From Gemmatimonadota bacterium (GTDB lineage Bacteria > Gemmatimonadota > Gemmatimonadetes > Gemmatimonadales > Gemmatimonadaceae): a stretch of DNA of 64,000 nucleotides. How positions within the stretch are numbered: position 1 is the stretch's first letter; each line of letters opens with the position of its first letter. A program made the translations under genes and the position numbers. Under the pieces are notes generated by a model that did not search any database, was not told the DNA's origin, and was given only the letters and a program-made list of their open reading frames with translations. This document shows positions 1-9,799 of this stretch, in pieces. Location of the stretch: assembly GCA_040389905.1 (NCBI GenBank), contig JAZJZK010000018.1:1-64000 (forward strand), given 5' to 3'.

Positions 1-71
1 TAGCTGTGATCGCCCATGAGCTCAGCGAGTTTGTCGTGATAGCGAGTGGGTTGCGGATGCTTCGGACCTAG
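1..71 (+). CDS. 3' end of a heavy-metal P1B-type ATPase (partial)
   Basis: Frame from nt 3 reads AVIAHELSEFVVIASGLRMLRT*, matching the last TM helix (HE..S..VV..N/SGLRL) of P1B ATPases, like the ATPase ending at 4158. Confidence 0.7.
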   Translation, partial: AVIAHELSEFVVIASGLRMLRT

Positions 72-81
72 AGAAGCGATC

Positions 82-1002
82 ATGATCCCGTTCGTCACTC
101 AACCCAGCCTATCGCTCGGCTTCATCACCATTCACGCATTCGGGCTGATCGTCGCGATATCCGCGTTCACGGGGGATTGGCTCTACCGCCGCCGATTGGC
201 ATCGTTGCAGCTCGACCCGCAGGTAGGCGCTGCGCTCGGTTGGTGGGCGCTCACCTTCGGCTTTGTCGGCGCGCACCTCTTTTCGCTCGTCTTCTATTTC
301 CCGGAGAAGCTCGCGCGCCAGCCCTGGTTGGTCTTCAAACTGTGGGAGGATGTGAGTTCCTTCGGCGGTATGCTCGGAGGGGCGCTGGGTGCGCTTCTTT
401 TTCTCCTGATGCGCGCGCGCACAATAGGCGTACGTGCGCGATGGGCATACCTCGACGCCGCCGCGTTCGTTCTACCTTTCGCGTGGGCAATAGGTCGCAT
501 CGCGTGTGCGCTGGCGCACGACCACCCCGGCGGAGTGACTTCGTTTCCTCTGGCTATCAGTCTTCGCTCTGACGCGGCACAGCGATTCATCCTTGGCGTG
601 TACGCGGACGCTGGGCGACGCCTGCCCACAGGCCTACCGTTGACGGACTTTGGGTTTCATGACCTTGGTTGGTATGAGTGTCTTTACCTCTTCCTGTTAG
701 TCGCACCGCTGTTTGTGTGGCTCAATCGCTACCGGCAGCAACTCACAGCGACACCAGGTTTCTGGCTGGCTGCTTTTGCGCTTGTTTACGCGCCCATGCG
801 TATCGGGCTCGACACGCTGCGGCTTGCCGATGCTCGCTATGGAGGCTTCGCCCCAGGCCAATACGCCGCCGTATCACTTCTTATCGGCGGTCTCGTCGCC
901 TGGTTTTTCGGCCGACGTATTGACGCGCGTTCGGCATCGCAGTCGCTAAAGGCCCTTCAACCCCACGCAGACAATGCCAACAACATCACTCCGTCTGAGT
1001 GA
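82..1002 (+). CDS. lgt: Prolipoprotein diacylglyceryl transferase family protein
   Basis: Multi-TM; motifs IHAFG, SSFGGMLG, AIGRIACALAHDHPG, HDLGWYE, RIGLDTLR; ATG at 82 preferred to GTG at 46. Confidence 0.8.
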   Translation: MIPFVTQPSLSLGFITIHAFGLIVAISAFTGDWLYRRRLASLQLDPQVGAALGWWALTFGFVGAHLFSLVFYFPEKLARQPWLVFKLWEDVSSFGGMLGGALGALLFLLMRARTIGVRARWAYLDAAAFVLPFAWAIGRIACALAHDHPGGVTSFPLAISLRSDAAQRFILGVYADAGRRLPTGLPLTDFGFHDLGWYECLYLFLLVAPLFVWLNRYRQQLTATPGFWLAAFALVYAPMRIGLDTLRLADARYGGFAPGQYAAVSLLIGGLVAWFFGRRIDARSASQSLKALQPHADNANNITPSE

Positions 1003-1825
1003 TCCGGAAAGCGAGCTTGCCGCTGGCTCGGCGTGGTTACGCGATCAACTCCGGGCCGCAGGGTTGTCGCGCGTCGTCTTAGGTTTGTCGGGCGGAATTG
1101 ACAGTGCCGTCGTAGCGACCTGGGCGGTGCAGGCACTGGGACCGATGCACGTGACGTGTGTCGCCATGCCCTACGGGCTACTCGCCGACAGTTTGTTCCC
1201 GCCCTCCTCACCTTCTTCCTTGGAGCATGCGCGGCTAGTCGCGGCGCGATTCTCCGCCGTCGACTATCGTGAGCTCGACATCGCGCCCACCGTAGACGCC
1301 GAAGCGGCATCGAACGGTCTTGTCGTGGATCTTCGCTTCTCGCCGAGCGACGAACAGTTGCGGCTCGCGCTCGCCAACATCAAGGCGCGCATTCGTGCCG
1401 TACGCCTCCGCTACTTCGCCAACCGCCTCGGCGCCCTGTTGCTTGGAACGGAGAACAAGACCGAGCACTATCTCGGGTACTTCACCATCGGTGGTGATGA
1501 GGAGTCCGACCTCGAGCTTATCGGTAACTACTTCAAGGCCGAAGTCGTGCAGCTTGCTCAGGCGCTGAGCGTTCCTCATGAAGTGGCTACCAAAGCTCCG
1601 TCTGCCGATCTGTGGGCCGGACAGTCGGACGAAGACGAACTCGGCTTTTCGTACAGTGATGCGGATCGGGTGCTTTGTCTGGGCGGACACACTGGAGCAC
1701 TACCAGACGAGATTCGCGCTGGTTGCAGTGTCGCTGATGCTGCCATCAGCAACGTGCTCGCACGCGTGCGCGCGACCGCCTTCAAGAGAGCGCAGAAGCC
1801 TGTCTTCACGAGCCCCGCGCTCTGA
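974..1825 (+). CDS. nadE: NH3-dependent NAD(+) synthetase
   Basis: VVLGLSGGIDSAVV PP-loop, NIKARIR, GTENKTE..LGYFT, KAPSADLWAGQSDEDELG; no glutaminase domain; start uncertain. Confidence 0.85.
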   Translation: MPTTSLRLSDPESELAAGSAWLRDQLRAAGLSRVVLGLSGGIDSAVVATWAVQALGPMHVTCVAMPYGLLADSLFPPSSPSSLEHARLVAARFSAVDYRELDIAPTVDAEAASNGLVVDLRFSPSDEQLRLALANIKARIRAVRLRYFANRLGALLLGTENKTEHYLGYFTIGGDEESDLELIGNYFKAEVVQLAQALSVPHEVATKAPSADLWAGQSDEDELGFSYSDADRVLCLGGHTGALPDEIRAGCSVADAAISNVLARVRATAFKRAQKPVFTSPAL

Positions 1826-1944
1826 CAATGAGTGCGAGCTCGGAGCGCCACCATTCGATGCTTCATGTGCGATTGACGCGCACCGGCGAGTGCTCAGCGG
1901 GGTGGCCTTATTGAGCCCACGCATTGGCACTCTCCTCATCGCCG

Positions 1945-2400
1945 TTAGCGCAGAATCAGATTTACGCGCGAGCTGTCCGGAGGTGCTGCGCGACTCCGGA
2001 AGCGCGCACCCGCTATCGTCGCGCTTGTCTTCAGCGACGAGTCGGCACTGTAAGCGATCACGCGGAGGCAATAGGCGCCCGCCGTTGCGAGCACCACTTG
2101 GCGGTACTCTCCTGTTTCGTTGGTCCTGGCCACCTCGGGTGAGGCGGCGCCTGTATGCGCGTGCTCGTCGCATTTCCCTTCGCTGGAAGCGACGGAGCGG
2201 ATGTACGCGTTAGCGAGGGGAGCGTTGCCTTCCGTTGTAGCGGTGCCGATCACGACGATCCAGGTTCCCGATACTTCTTCGCCGCCTCCGGTCGCTCGGC
2301 TGCACGCGACGCCCGTCGCACTGACGCCTATTGCGACAGCCAGCCGTAGTACGTGCAGAAGGTGTAGTCGCGCACTTGCTTTCATTTCAACGCCTCTCAT
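1945..2400 (-). CDS. Hypothetical lipoprotein
   Basis: Signal peptide with lipobox-like TGVAC; last gene of the czc run. Confidence 0.55.
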   Translation of the reverse strand: MRGVEMKASARLHLLHVLRLAVAIGVSATGVACSRATGGGEEVSGTWIVVIGTATTEGNAPLANAYIRSVASSEGKCDEHAHTGAASPEVARTNETGEYRQVVLATAGAYCLRVIAYSADSSLKTSATIAGARFRSRAAPPDSSRVNLILR

Positions 2401-2437
2401 GGCCGCAAAGTAGGCAATCCCGTGCTCACTGCGACAG

Positions 2438-3370
2438 TCACGGTTTGCGTTGGATTATCCGTGCATCATGAACGCCCGGCTCGTCATCTGGGCCGGCGAT
2501 CCGCGCCGGCTTCAGGAGCGTTTGCGCAACTGCACGAGCGGATTGGTCTAGGTCGCTTTGCGCTAGAGTAAGGGTTGCCCTCACCGTCGGCCCGACAATG
2601 GGATCTTGTAACATGGTCCCGAGTGCCTTGTACACCTCCACACGCACGGACGTGTCATAGTCCCGCACGAGCGGTAGCAGGGCGCTGTACTTCTCGGTGC
2701 CCCCGGAGACCAGATGTACGATTGCCCTCACGGCCGCCCTCCGAACGGGTGCTGCCGCATCGCGCAGTCCGACTGTCGCGAGCTGCACAATGACGGCCGT
2801 ATCCCTTGTGATTTGCGACAGCGAGATCAGACACGCGGCGCGAAGATCAGGGGTGTCATTGTTCACGCATCGGATCAGACTCGTGTCGGCGCGCGAAGCA
2901 AGGCTGCCGAAGCTTCCAAGCGACGTGGCTGCGGTTCGTCGCACAAGTTCGCTCGTGTCGCCGAGGGCCTCAATGATTGCCGGTACCGCTGTTTCCGCTG
3001 CACTCCCGTGGTTCGTGACGAGGCGAATAGCGAGTTCGCGCACGCTTGCATGGTCGTCGCGTATTGCTGCTGTCAGCCCTGGCAGGGCACGAGCACCGAC
3101 GGTCGCGAGAGCAACAGCCACTGCCTCTTGTACGTCTCCACTCGCGTCGTTCATCGCGCGCACCAGAGCGCTCACAATCTTGTCCGACTGTGGCGCTACA
3201 TGATACAGGGCATAGGCGGCGTCGATGCGGTCTTCAACGGCCGCGGCGGTTAACTGCGCTGCCCACTTTTCAGCGGACCGACCCTTATAAGGACGATCTG
3301 ATCGTTCGCATCCACTCAATGCTAGGACAGCAAAGGTGAGCACTACTGCAGGCCGTGCCAAGGGATTCAC
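2438..3370 (-). CDS. HEAT/PBS-lyase repeat lipoprotein
   Basis: Lipobox LSGC; repeated L.D....VR..AA.ALG units; GTG overlaps upstream TGA. Confidence 0.8.
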   Translation of the reverse strand: MNPLARPAVVLTFAVLALSGCERSDRPYKGRSAEKWAAQLTAAAVEDRIDAAYALYHVAPQSDKIVSALVRAMNDASGDVQEAVAVALATVGARALPGLTAAIRDDHASVRELAIRLVTNHGSAAETAVPAIIEALGDTSELVRRTAATSLGSFGSLASRADTSLIRCVNNDTPDLRAACLISLSQITRDTAVIVQLATVGLRDAAAPVRRAAVRAIVHLVSGGTEKYSALLPLVRDYDTSVRVEVYKALGTMLQDPIVGPTVRATLTLAQSDLDQSARAVAQTLLKPARIAGPDDEPGVHDARIIQRKP

Positions 3371-4155
3371 GGCGTACCTCGTCTCACGGCGTTGCGGGCA
3401 CGTACCGCCGCATCGCGGACATCCGGGTTGCTATCCCGTAACGCAAGAGTAATGGCGGAATCTGCGGACGCGCCCGGTGCTAAGAAGTGCCCAAGCGCTT
3501 CTAACGCAGCCATGCGCAGCTCGCTGCGTTCGGAACGCGTTGCTCTCACCAGGATGGGAATGACGGTATCGCGTTCACTGCCAATCTTTCCGAGCGCCTG
3601 GGCAGCCTGAACCCGCACCCAACCGATGCCATCCGTCTGCACAAGACGCGCAAGGGGGATCGCTCCCGTGGCGGCGCCGCTCCCTATCCGTCCAAGAGCC
3701 TCCGCCGCCGCGGCGCGCACATCATGATGCGGATCCATCAAGGCGCTCACGAGCGCTGGTACGACCAAGGGAGATCGCGTGCCGATCTCGCCGAGCGTGC
3801 TCGCCGCCCGTTCCCGCAGGACGATATGGTTGTCCTCGAGGAGTCGGACCAGCGCCGGTGTCGCCTCGAGGGCATTGGGCCCCAGCGAGCCCAGTGCCTC
3901 CGCCACTGTTGCGTGGACATCGGCATCGCGCTCCGACGCGAGTACAGCCATCAGTGCTCTGGCCGCCTCGGGCGACTTGCTGGCGTCGTGTGCAAACGCT
4001 TCTACCGCGCGATGACGCACCATAGAGTCGGCACTTGTCATCTGGTCGATCCAGTATGAGATCGGCCGTCCCTCGTGTTCCACCTCGCGGCTGCAGGCCG
4101 CGACGCCGAGCACTATTACCAGCACACGAGTGCGCATGCAACGCGAGCGCAGCAT
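3367..4155 (-). CDS. HEAT/PBS-lyase repeat lipoprotein
   Basis: Lipobox VAAC; repeats such as DVRAAAAEALGRIG; starts 2 bp after the ATPase stop. Confidence 0.8.
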   Translation of the reverse strand: MLRSRCMRTRVLVIVLGVAACSREVEHEGRPISYWIDQMTSADSMVRHRAVEAFAHDASKSPEAARALMAVLASERDADVHATVAEALGSLGPNALEATPALVRLLEDNHIVLRERAASTLGEIGTRSPLVVPALVSALMDPHHDVRAAAAEALGRIGSGAATGAIPLARLVQTDGIGWVRVQAAQALGKIGSERDTVIPILVRATRSERSELRMAALEALGHFLAPGASADSAITLALRDSNPDVRDAAVRARNAVRRGTP

Positions 4156-4157
4156 GG

Positions 4158-6677
4158 TCAGATCTCCTGTGGCTTGAACATCAGGAGGCGCAGCCCGTTG
4201 GCAATGACCACCAGCGTGCTCCCCTCGTGAAAGATGACCGCAGTGCCGATGCCGACCTTTCCTGTGACCGCCGCCACCACGAGCACGGCGATCACTCCGA
4301 GCGACACCACGACGTTCTGCTTGATCACTCCGCGTGCTCGGCGGCTCAGACCAACGGCAAAGGACAGTCGCCCGAGATCGTCTCCCATCAACGCTACGTC
4401 CGCCGTCTCGAGGGCCGCCGCCGTGCCAGCGCCACCCATAGCGATGCCCACCGATGCGTGCGCCAGGGCTGGCGCGTCGTTTACTCCGTCTCCGACCATT
4501 GCGACACGCCCATTGGCGGACAGTTCTTTCACGATGCGCAGCTTGTCCTCTGGCATAAGGCCCGCGCGCACGTCGCTGATACCCACCTGCTTGGCGATTG
4601 CCTGAGCGACTGACTCATTGTCGCCCGTAAGCATGATCACGTTCGCCAAGCCAAGCGCTCGAAGGGCGGCAATTGCCGCTGGTGCGTTCTGGCGTGCTTC
4701 GTCCGCGACGCCAAGCACCCCGAGCCATTCTCCCGTTCCGCCGTTTGGCAGTCGCCGCACGATCATCGCGGTCTGGCCTGCCGCCTCGACGTCTTTCACG
4801 GCGCCAAGCACAGCGGGCGGTACTTCCTTCTCATCGAACATGAGAAGACGGCCTACTTCCACCACAGCATCACCCACGTGTCCGCGAACTCCGCGGCCCG
4901 ACACCGCTTCAACATCACGCACCGGCTCCGGCGTGATCCCTCGCTTCACCGCGTCAGCCAGTACCGCGCGTGCAAGCGGATGCTGAGAATGTGCCTCGAC
5001 GGCTGCTGCCGCTGCGACTATCCGTCCCTCGTCACCCCCGTCCATCGTGATGACGCGGACGATGGAAGGCTCGCCTTTCGTGATGGTGCCCGTCTTGTCG
5101 AGTGCCAAGGTTTGCACTGCGCCCAGCGCCTCGAGATACGCACCCCCCTTGATCAGAACACCGTTTCTTGCCGCTTGAGCGATGCCGGCCAGGACAGCTG
5201 CCGGTGTGCCCAGTGCCAGCGCGCAGGGGGAGCTGGCGACTAGGACGGTAAGCGCGCGGTAGATGGCTTCCGACCATGTCCACCAGCCGACCAGTGGCGG
5301 CACCAGCATCAAGAGCACACTGCCGATCAACACGACGGGCACGAACACCCTTTCGAACCGGTCTGTGAACTGCTGCGTTGGCGCCTTCTGCGTCTGCGCC
5401 TCAGCGACCAACTTGATCACGCGATCCAGCGTGCGATCTCCCGCCGCAGCGGTCACCTCGACGGTCAGGGCTCTTTCCCCATTCACGGAGCCGGCGAACA
5501 CCTGCTCACCGGGACTCTTGGGAATCGGCGCGCTTTCGCCCGTGATCGGGGCCTGATTCACATCAGATTTGCCCTCTTTGACAACCCCGTCGACGGAAAC
5601 GCGCTCACCCGGCTTGATCAGCACGGCGTCGCCTGCCTTCACCTCCGCAATCGGCACGCTCCGCGTTTGCCCGCCCGAGACCACGAGGGCTTCCTGCGGA
5701 GCAAGCTCGGCGAGCGCCGTGATGGCAGACCGCGCGCGGCCCAGCGCGTAGTGCTCAGCCGCGTGCCCGAGACTGAAGAGAAAGAGAAGGAATGCTCCCT
5801 CACGCCATTGCCCGAGGGCTGCGGCTCCGAGGGCGGCGACGACCATCAGCAGGTCGATGTCGAAGCGGAAAGCGCCGCGCCGCACATCCTTGAGAAAGTG
5901 ACCGACATTGTCACTCGCTCCGAACACATACGCGAGGACGTAGCTGGCCAGCGCCACCTGGCCGAGAGATGCCCGATCCAAAACGATCCCAAGCAGCATG
6001 AAACTTCCCGCTGCCAGGCTCCAGACCAGCTCTCGATTCCGGTGATACCACTCCACACCGACGCCGTCTGTCGCTTCCTCTCCCGACCTGTTGATGTCTG
6101 GCACCGTGACGCGCGTCGCGCTATCGCAGCAGCGCTCTGCGGTCGCCTCCGCAGTTGCCTTCTTTGCGTCCCCCGCGCGCGGCTTCGCCACACGAAGCTC
6201 GCGGAGCGCTCGGCGAATGACATCGAGCGTCGTCCGTTGACTGTCGTATTCGACACGTACGAGCTGCGCCGCAGTGTTTGCAGAGGCGGCAGTCACCCCG
6301 GGCAGTGCGAGCAGAACACGCTCGATGCGTAGGCCCTCGTCCTCCGACCCCGCCGCTCGTATCGCCAGTGTCGCGTGACCGTACCGTGTCGTGAGGCCGG
6401 CACCAGCAGCCAATGCCATATCGGCGATCTGCCCGAGACTCAATCGCTCTGGATCGTAGTGCAGACACAAGGCAGCGGACGGAGAGACTCGCGACTTCTC
6501 CGACAGCTGCTGGTGGATATCATCGACTGGGGGGAGGCTATTTGCTGGTAGCACGTGCACGGATTCCACGCCGTCGCGCGACTCGAGCAGGGCGATCAAT
6601 CTCGCGACGCACTCATCCGCCTCGTCCCCAACACCCGGTAGAACAACGGGCAGGTCCAAACGCATGGCCTTAGACAT
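4158..6677 (-). CDS. Heavy-metal P1B-4 type ATPase (Zn/Co/Cd/Fe)
   Basis: TGES, SSPC, DKTGT, HPLA, GDGVNDAP, HEGST; ATG 6677 overlaps the czcA stop. Confidence 0.92.
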   Translation of the reverse strand: MSKAMRLDLPVVLPGVGDEADECVARLIALLESRDGVESVHVLPANSLPPVDDIHQQLSEKSRVSPSAALCLHYDPERLSLGQIADMALAAGAGLTTRYGHATLAIRAAGSEDEGLRIERVLLALPGVTAASANTAAQLVRVEYDSQRTTLDVIRRALRELRVAKPRAGDAKKATAEATAERCCDSATRVTVPDINRSGEEATDGVGVEWYHRNRELVWSLAAGSFMLLGIVLDRASLGQVALASYVLAYVFGASDNVGHFLKDVRRGAFRFDIDLLMVVAALGAAALGQWREGAFLLFLFSLGHAAEHYALGRARSAITALAELAPQEALVVSGGQTRSVPIAEVKAGDAVLIKPGERVSVDGVVKEGKSDVNQAPITGESAPIPKSPGEQVFAGSVNGERALTVEVTAAAGDRTLDRVIKLVAEAQTQKAPTQQFTDRFERVFVPVVLIGSVLLMLVPPLVGWWTWSEAIYRALTVLVASSPCALALGTPAAVLAGIAQAARNGVLIKGGAYLEALGAVQTLALDKTGTITKGEPSIVRVITMDGGDEGRIVAAAAAVEAHSQHPLARAVLADAVKRGITPEPVRDVEAVSGRGVRGHVGDAVVEVGRLLMFDEKEVPPAVLGAVKDVEAAGQTAMIVRRLPNGGTGEWLGVLGVADEARQNAPAAIAALRALGLANVIMLTGDNESVAQAIAKQVGISDVRAGLMPEDKLRIVKELSANGRVAMVGDGVNDAPALAHASVGIAMGGAGTAAALETADVALMGDDLGRLSFAVGLSRRARGVIKQNVVVSLGVIAVLVVAAVTGKVGIGTAVIFHEGSTLVVIANGLRLLMFKPQEI

Positions 6678-9600
6678 GACTTGCCTCCACGACTCCGAAA
6701 TCTTCCGCTGCCGTCGGCGACGGCGTATCAACGAACCAGCCGTAAATCGCGGGAAGCAGCAGCAGCGTGAGCAATGTCGATGTGAGGAGACCGCCCACGA
6801 CGACTGCAGCGAGTGGGCGCTGAACTTCCGATCCCGCGCCGGATGAGAACAGCAATGGCAGAAGTCCGAGAATCGCGACCGTTGCGGTCATGAGCACGGG
6901 CCGCAGGCGCAGCACGGTGCCTTCGTAGATTGCCTCCGCCAGTGGCTTGCCTTCCGCGCGCAGCGCGTTGATGTAGGTCACGAGGACGACGGCGTTGAGA
7001 ACGGCGACGCCGAAGAGCGTGATGAAGCCCACTGACGCTGGCACCGACAGGTACTGGCGAGAGATCGCCAGACCCAGAATGCCACCGATGAGCGCAAATG
7101 GAACGTTCAGAATGATCAGGGCCGCTTGCTTCAATGAGCCGAAGCTCGCGAAGAGCAGGAGGTAGATCAGTGCGATAGTCAGCGGCACGATGACGGCTAG
7201 ACGTTTCATCGCGCGTTGCTGGTTCTCGAACTGGCCACCCCACTTGATGAAGTACCCAGTCGGTAGCTTCACCTCATTGGCGATTCGCTGCTGTGCCTCC
7301 GCCACGAATCCGCCCATGTCGCGGCCACGCACATTGAGCTGGATCACGATGCGACGCTGGCCGTCGTCGTGACTGATCTGCTTTGGCCCGACGACCGTGC
7401 GCACTTCCGCGATCTGCGACAGCGGCACGCGGGCGTGGCCATCCTTGGTCGGTACCAGCAGCGCTCGAATCGCCCCTTCGTCCGAACGAAAAGGGGCTTG
7501 GAGACGCACGGTGATATCGAATCGCCGGATTCCCTCGAACACCTGCCCTGATTGCTCACCGCCAATGGCGGTTTCGATGGTCTCTTGTACGTCGTCCACG
7601 TTCAGCCCGTAACGTGCGATGGCGCCACGATCAACCTTGATCTGCAGCTGCGGCTGACCACTCACCTGCTCGGTTTGGACGTCGGCCGACCCCGGAATAC
7701 TGCTGACGATTCTTTGAATCGCCTCCGCCTGCGCCACAAGCTTGTCCAGGTCGTCTCCAAAGAGCTGGATCGCCAGCTGCGCCTTCACGCCACTCAGGAG
7801 CTCATCGACGCGATTCGCGATGGGCTGAGAGAAATTGAGTGCCACGCCGGGGAACTTGCCGAGACGCTCCTCGAGAGCCGTTACGATATCCGCCTTCGAG
7901 CGCCCTTCCGTCCACTTCTCTTGTGGAATCAGTGTGACGATTGCCTCGATGTTGTTGACGGGCTCCGGGTCGCCACCCGCCTCGGCGCGACCGACCTTTG
8001 AGACAACGTCCGCGATCTCGGGGATACCCTTTGCGAGCCGCTCCATCTCTCCAGCGGTGCGCAATGCCTCGTCCAACCCGGCGGATGGGGCGAGCGTTAC
8101 TCGATAGAGGATGGACCCTTCCTCCAGGGCAGGAACAAACTCAGTGCCCAGAAACGGAACCAGCGCCAAGCTGCCAATAAGTGCGACTACCGCTCCCGTC
8201 ACTGCCTTGCCGCGATGCTTCAAGGCCCACCGAAGGGCCGGCAGGTAAGGCCGCTTGATCACGCGCATGATCCATGTGTCTTCCTCGCTGCCGCCTCGCA
8301 GGAAGAATGAGCACAGGACCGGGATGATCGTGAGTGAAAAGAGCAGCGAGCCGAACATCGCGAATACCACGGCGAACGCCATCGGCCGGAACATCTTTCC
8401 CTCGACGCCCTGTAGCGTGAGGAGTGGCAGGAACACCAGGATGATGATGGCAATGGCGAACAGGATCGGACGCGCGACTTCCTGCGACGCGCGGAGCACA
8501 ACGTGGAACGCTGTCTCCTTGCGTTCTGCATGGTGACCGGCTTCGGATAGGTGCCGATACACGTTCTCCACCATCACGACGCCCCCATCGACCATCATAC
8601 CAATAGCGATGGCGAGTCCACCGAGACTCATGAGGTTCGCACTGAAACCGAACCATTGCATAAGCATGAAGGCGAGCAGCAAAGACAGCGGCAGCATCGC
8701 AGTGACGATGAGCGCACTGCGCACATTGCCGAGGAAGAGGAACAACACGATGACGATGAGCACCGCGCCCTCGAGCAGCGCATCGCGCACCGTTCCTACC
8801 GCGCGCTCAACCAGCTCGGACTGATCATAGTAGGGAACGGCCTGTACACCGGGGGGCAACGCCTTGTTGACCTCAGCGATGCGCGCTTTCACCGACGTGA
8901 TGACCTGCGATGTGTTCTCGTAGATGCGTTTGAGAACAATGCCGGTTACCACCTCCCCTTTGCCGTTCATGGACACGGCGCCGCGGCGCACTTCCGGCCC
9001 GACCGAGACCGTTGCCACATTGCGGATAAATACCGGCGATCCGCCGCGGCTTGCGACGATGATGTTCTCGAGGTCCTGTGACGTCTCGGCGAGGCCGATG
9101 CCCCGAATCAGGTACTCCTCAGGGCCACGCGTGATGTAGCCGCCGCCGACGTTGCGATTGTTCGTGCTCACCGATTGGCGGATGTCGCTCAATGTCACAC
9201 CGTACTGCAACATCGCTCTCGGATCCGCCTGAATCTGGAACTGCTTCACGTCGCCGCCGAACGACAACACTTCGGTGACGCCCGGAACCGTGCGCAGATT
9301 GTATTTCACGACCCAGTCCTGGAGCGTGCGCAACGACGTGGTCGTCTCACCCGGGCCCCGCACCACGTACTGGTAGACTTGGCCGAGTCCAGTTGTGATG
9401 GGACCGAGTTTCGGCTCGCCCAATCCAGGTGGAATGTCCTCCTTCGCTGCCTGAAGCTTCTCCAGTGTCAACTGTCGAGCGAAATAGATGTCGACGTCGT
9501 CCCGGAAGTACACCGAGACCTGGCTGATGCCGAACGCGGAGATGGACTTGACCTGCGCGACGCCCGGCAGACCGTTCATCGAGACTTCCACCGGATAGGT

Positions 9601-9795
9601 GATGAGCTTCTCGACCTCTTCCGGTGCGAGGCCGGGCGACTCGGTCACGATTTGGACGAGGACCGGAGACACGTCTGGAAACGCGTCGATTGGGAGACGT
9701 GTCAACGCAATCCCTCCGCCGCCAATGGCGGCGAGCGAGAGCAGGATGATCAACAGTCTGTTCTTGAGGGAGAACGCGAGGAGGCGTTCGATCAT
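6670..9795 (-). CDS. czcA: CusA/CzcA heavy-metal RND permease
   Basis: 1041 aa; LPIDAFPDV, NLMSLGGLAIAIGMMVDG, EGKMFRPMA, RLRPVLMTA. Confidence 0.93.
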   Translation of the reverse strand: MIERLLAFSLKNRLLIILLSLAAIGGGGIALTRLPIDAFPDVSPVLVQIVTESPGLAPEEVEKLITYPVEVSMNGLPGVAQVKSISAFGISQVSVYFRDDVDIYFARQLTLEKLQAAKEDIPPGLGEPKLGPITTGLGQVYQYVVRGPGETTTSLRTLQDWVVKYNLRTVPGVTEVLSFGGDVKQFQIQADPRAMLQYGVTLSDIRQSVSTNNRNVGGGYITRGPEEYLIRGIGLAETSQDLENIIVASRGGSPVFIRNVATVSVGPEVRRGAVSMNGKGEVVTGIVLKRIYENTSQVITSVKARIAEVNKALPPGVQAVPYYDQSELVERAVGTVRDALLEGAVLIVIVLFLFLGNVRSALIVTAMLPLSLLLAFMLMQWFGFSANLMSLGGLAIAIGMMVDGGVVMVENVYRHLSEAGHHAERKETAFHVVLRASQEVARPILFAIAIIILVFLPLLTLQGVEGKMFRPMAFAVVFAMFGSLLFSLTIIPVLCSFFLRGGSEEDTWIMRVIKRPYLPALRWALKHRGKAVTGAVVALIGSLALVPFLGTEFVPALEEGSILYRVTLAPSAGLDEALRTAGEMERLAKGIPEIADVVSKVGRAEAGGDPEPVNNIEAIVTLIPQEKWTEGRSKADIVTALEERLGKFPGVALNFSQPIANRVDELLSGVKAQLAIQLFGDDLDKLVAQAEAIQRIVSSIPGSADVQTEQVSGQPQLQIKVDRGAIARYGLNVDDVQETIETAIGGEQSGQVFEGIRRFDITVRLQAPFRSDEGAIRALLVPTKDGHARVPLSQIAEVRTVVGPKQISHDDGQRRIVIQLNVRGRDMGGFVAEAQQRIANEVKLPTGYFIKWGGQFENQQRAMKRLAVIVPLTIALIYLLLFASFGSLKQAALIILNVPFALIGGILGLAISRQYLSVPASVGFITLFGVAVLNAVVLVTYINALRAEGKPLAEAIYEGTVLRLRPVLMTATVAILGLLPLLFSSGAGSEVQRPLAAVVVGGLLTSTLLTLLLLPAIYGWFVDTPSPTAAEDFGVVEASHV

Positions 9796-9799
9796 TGCT

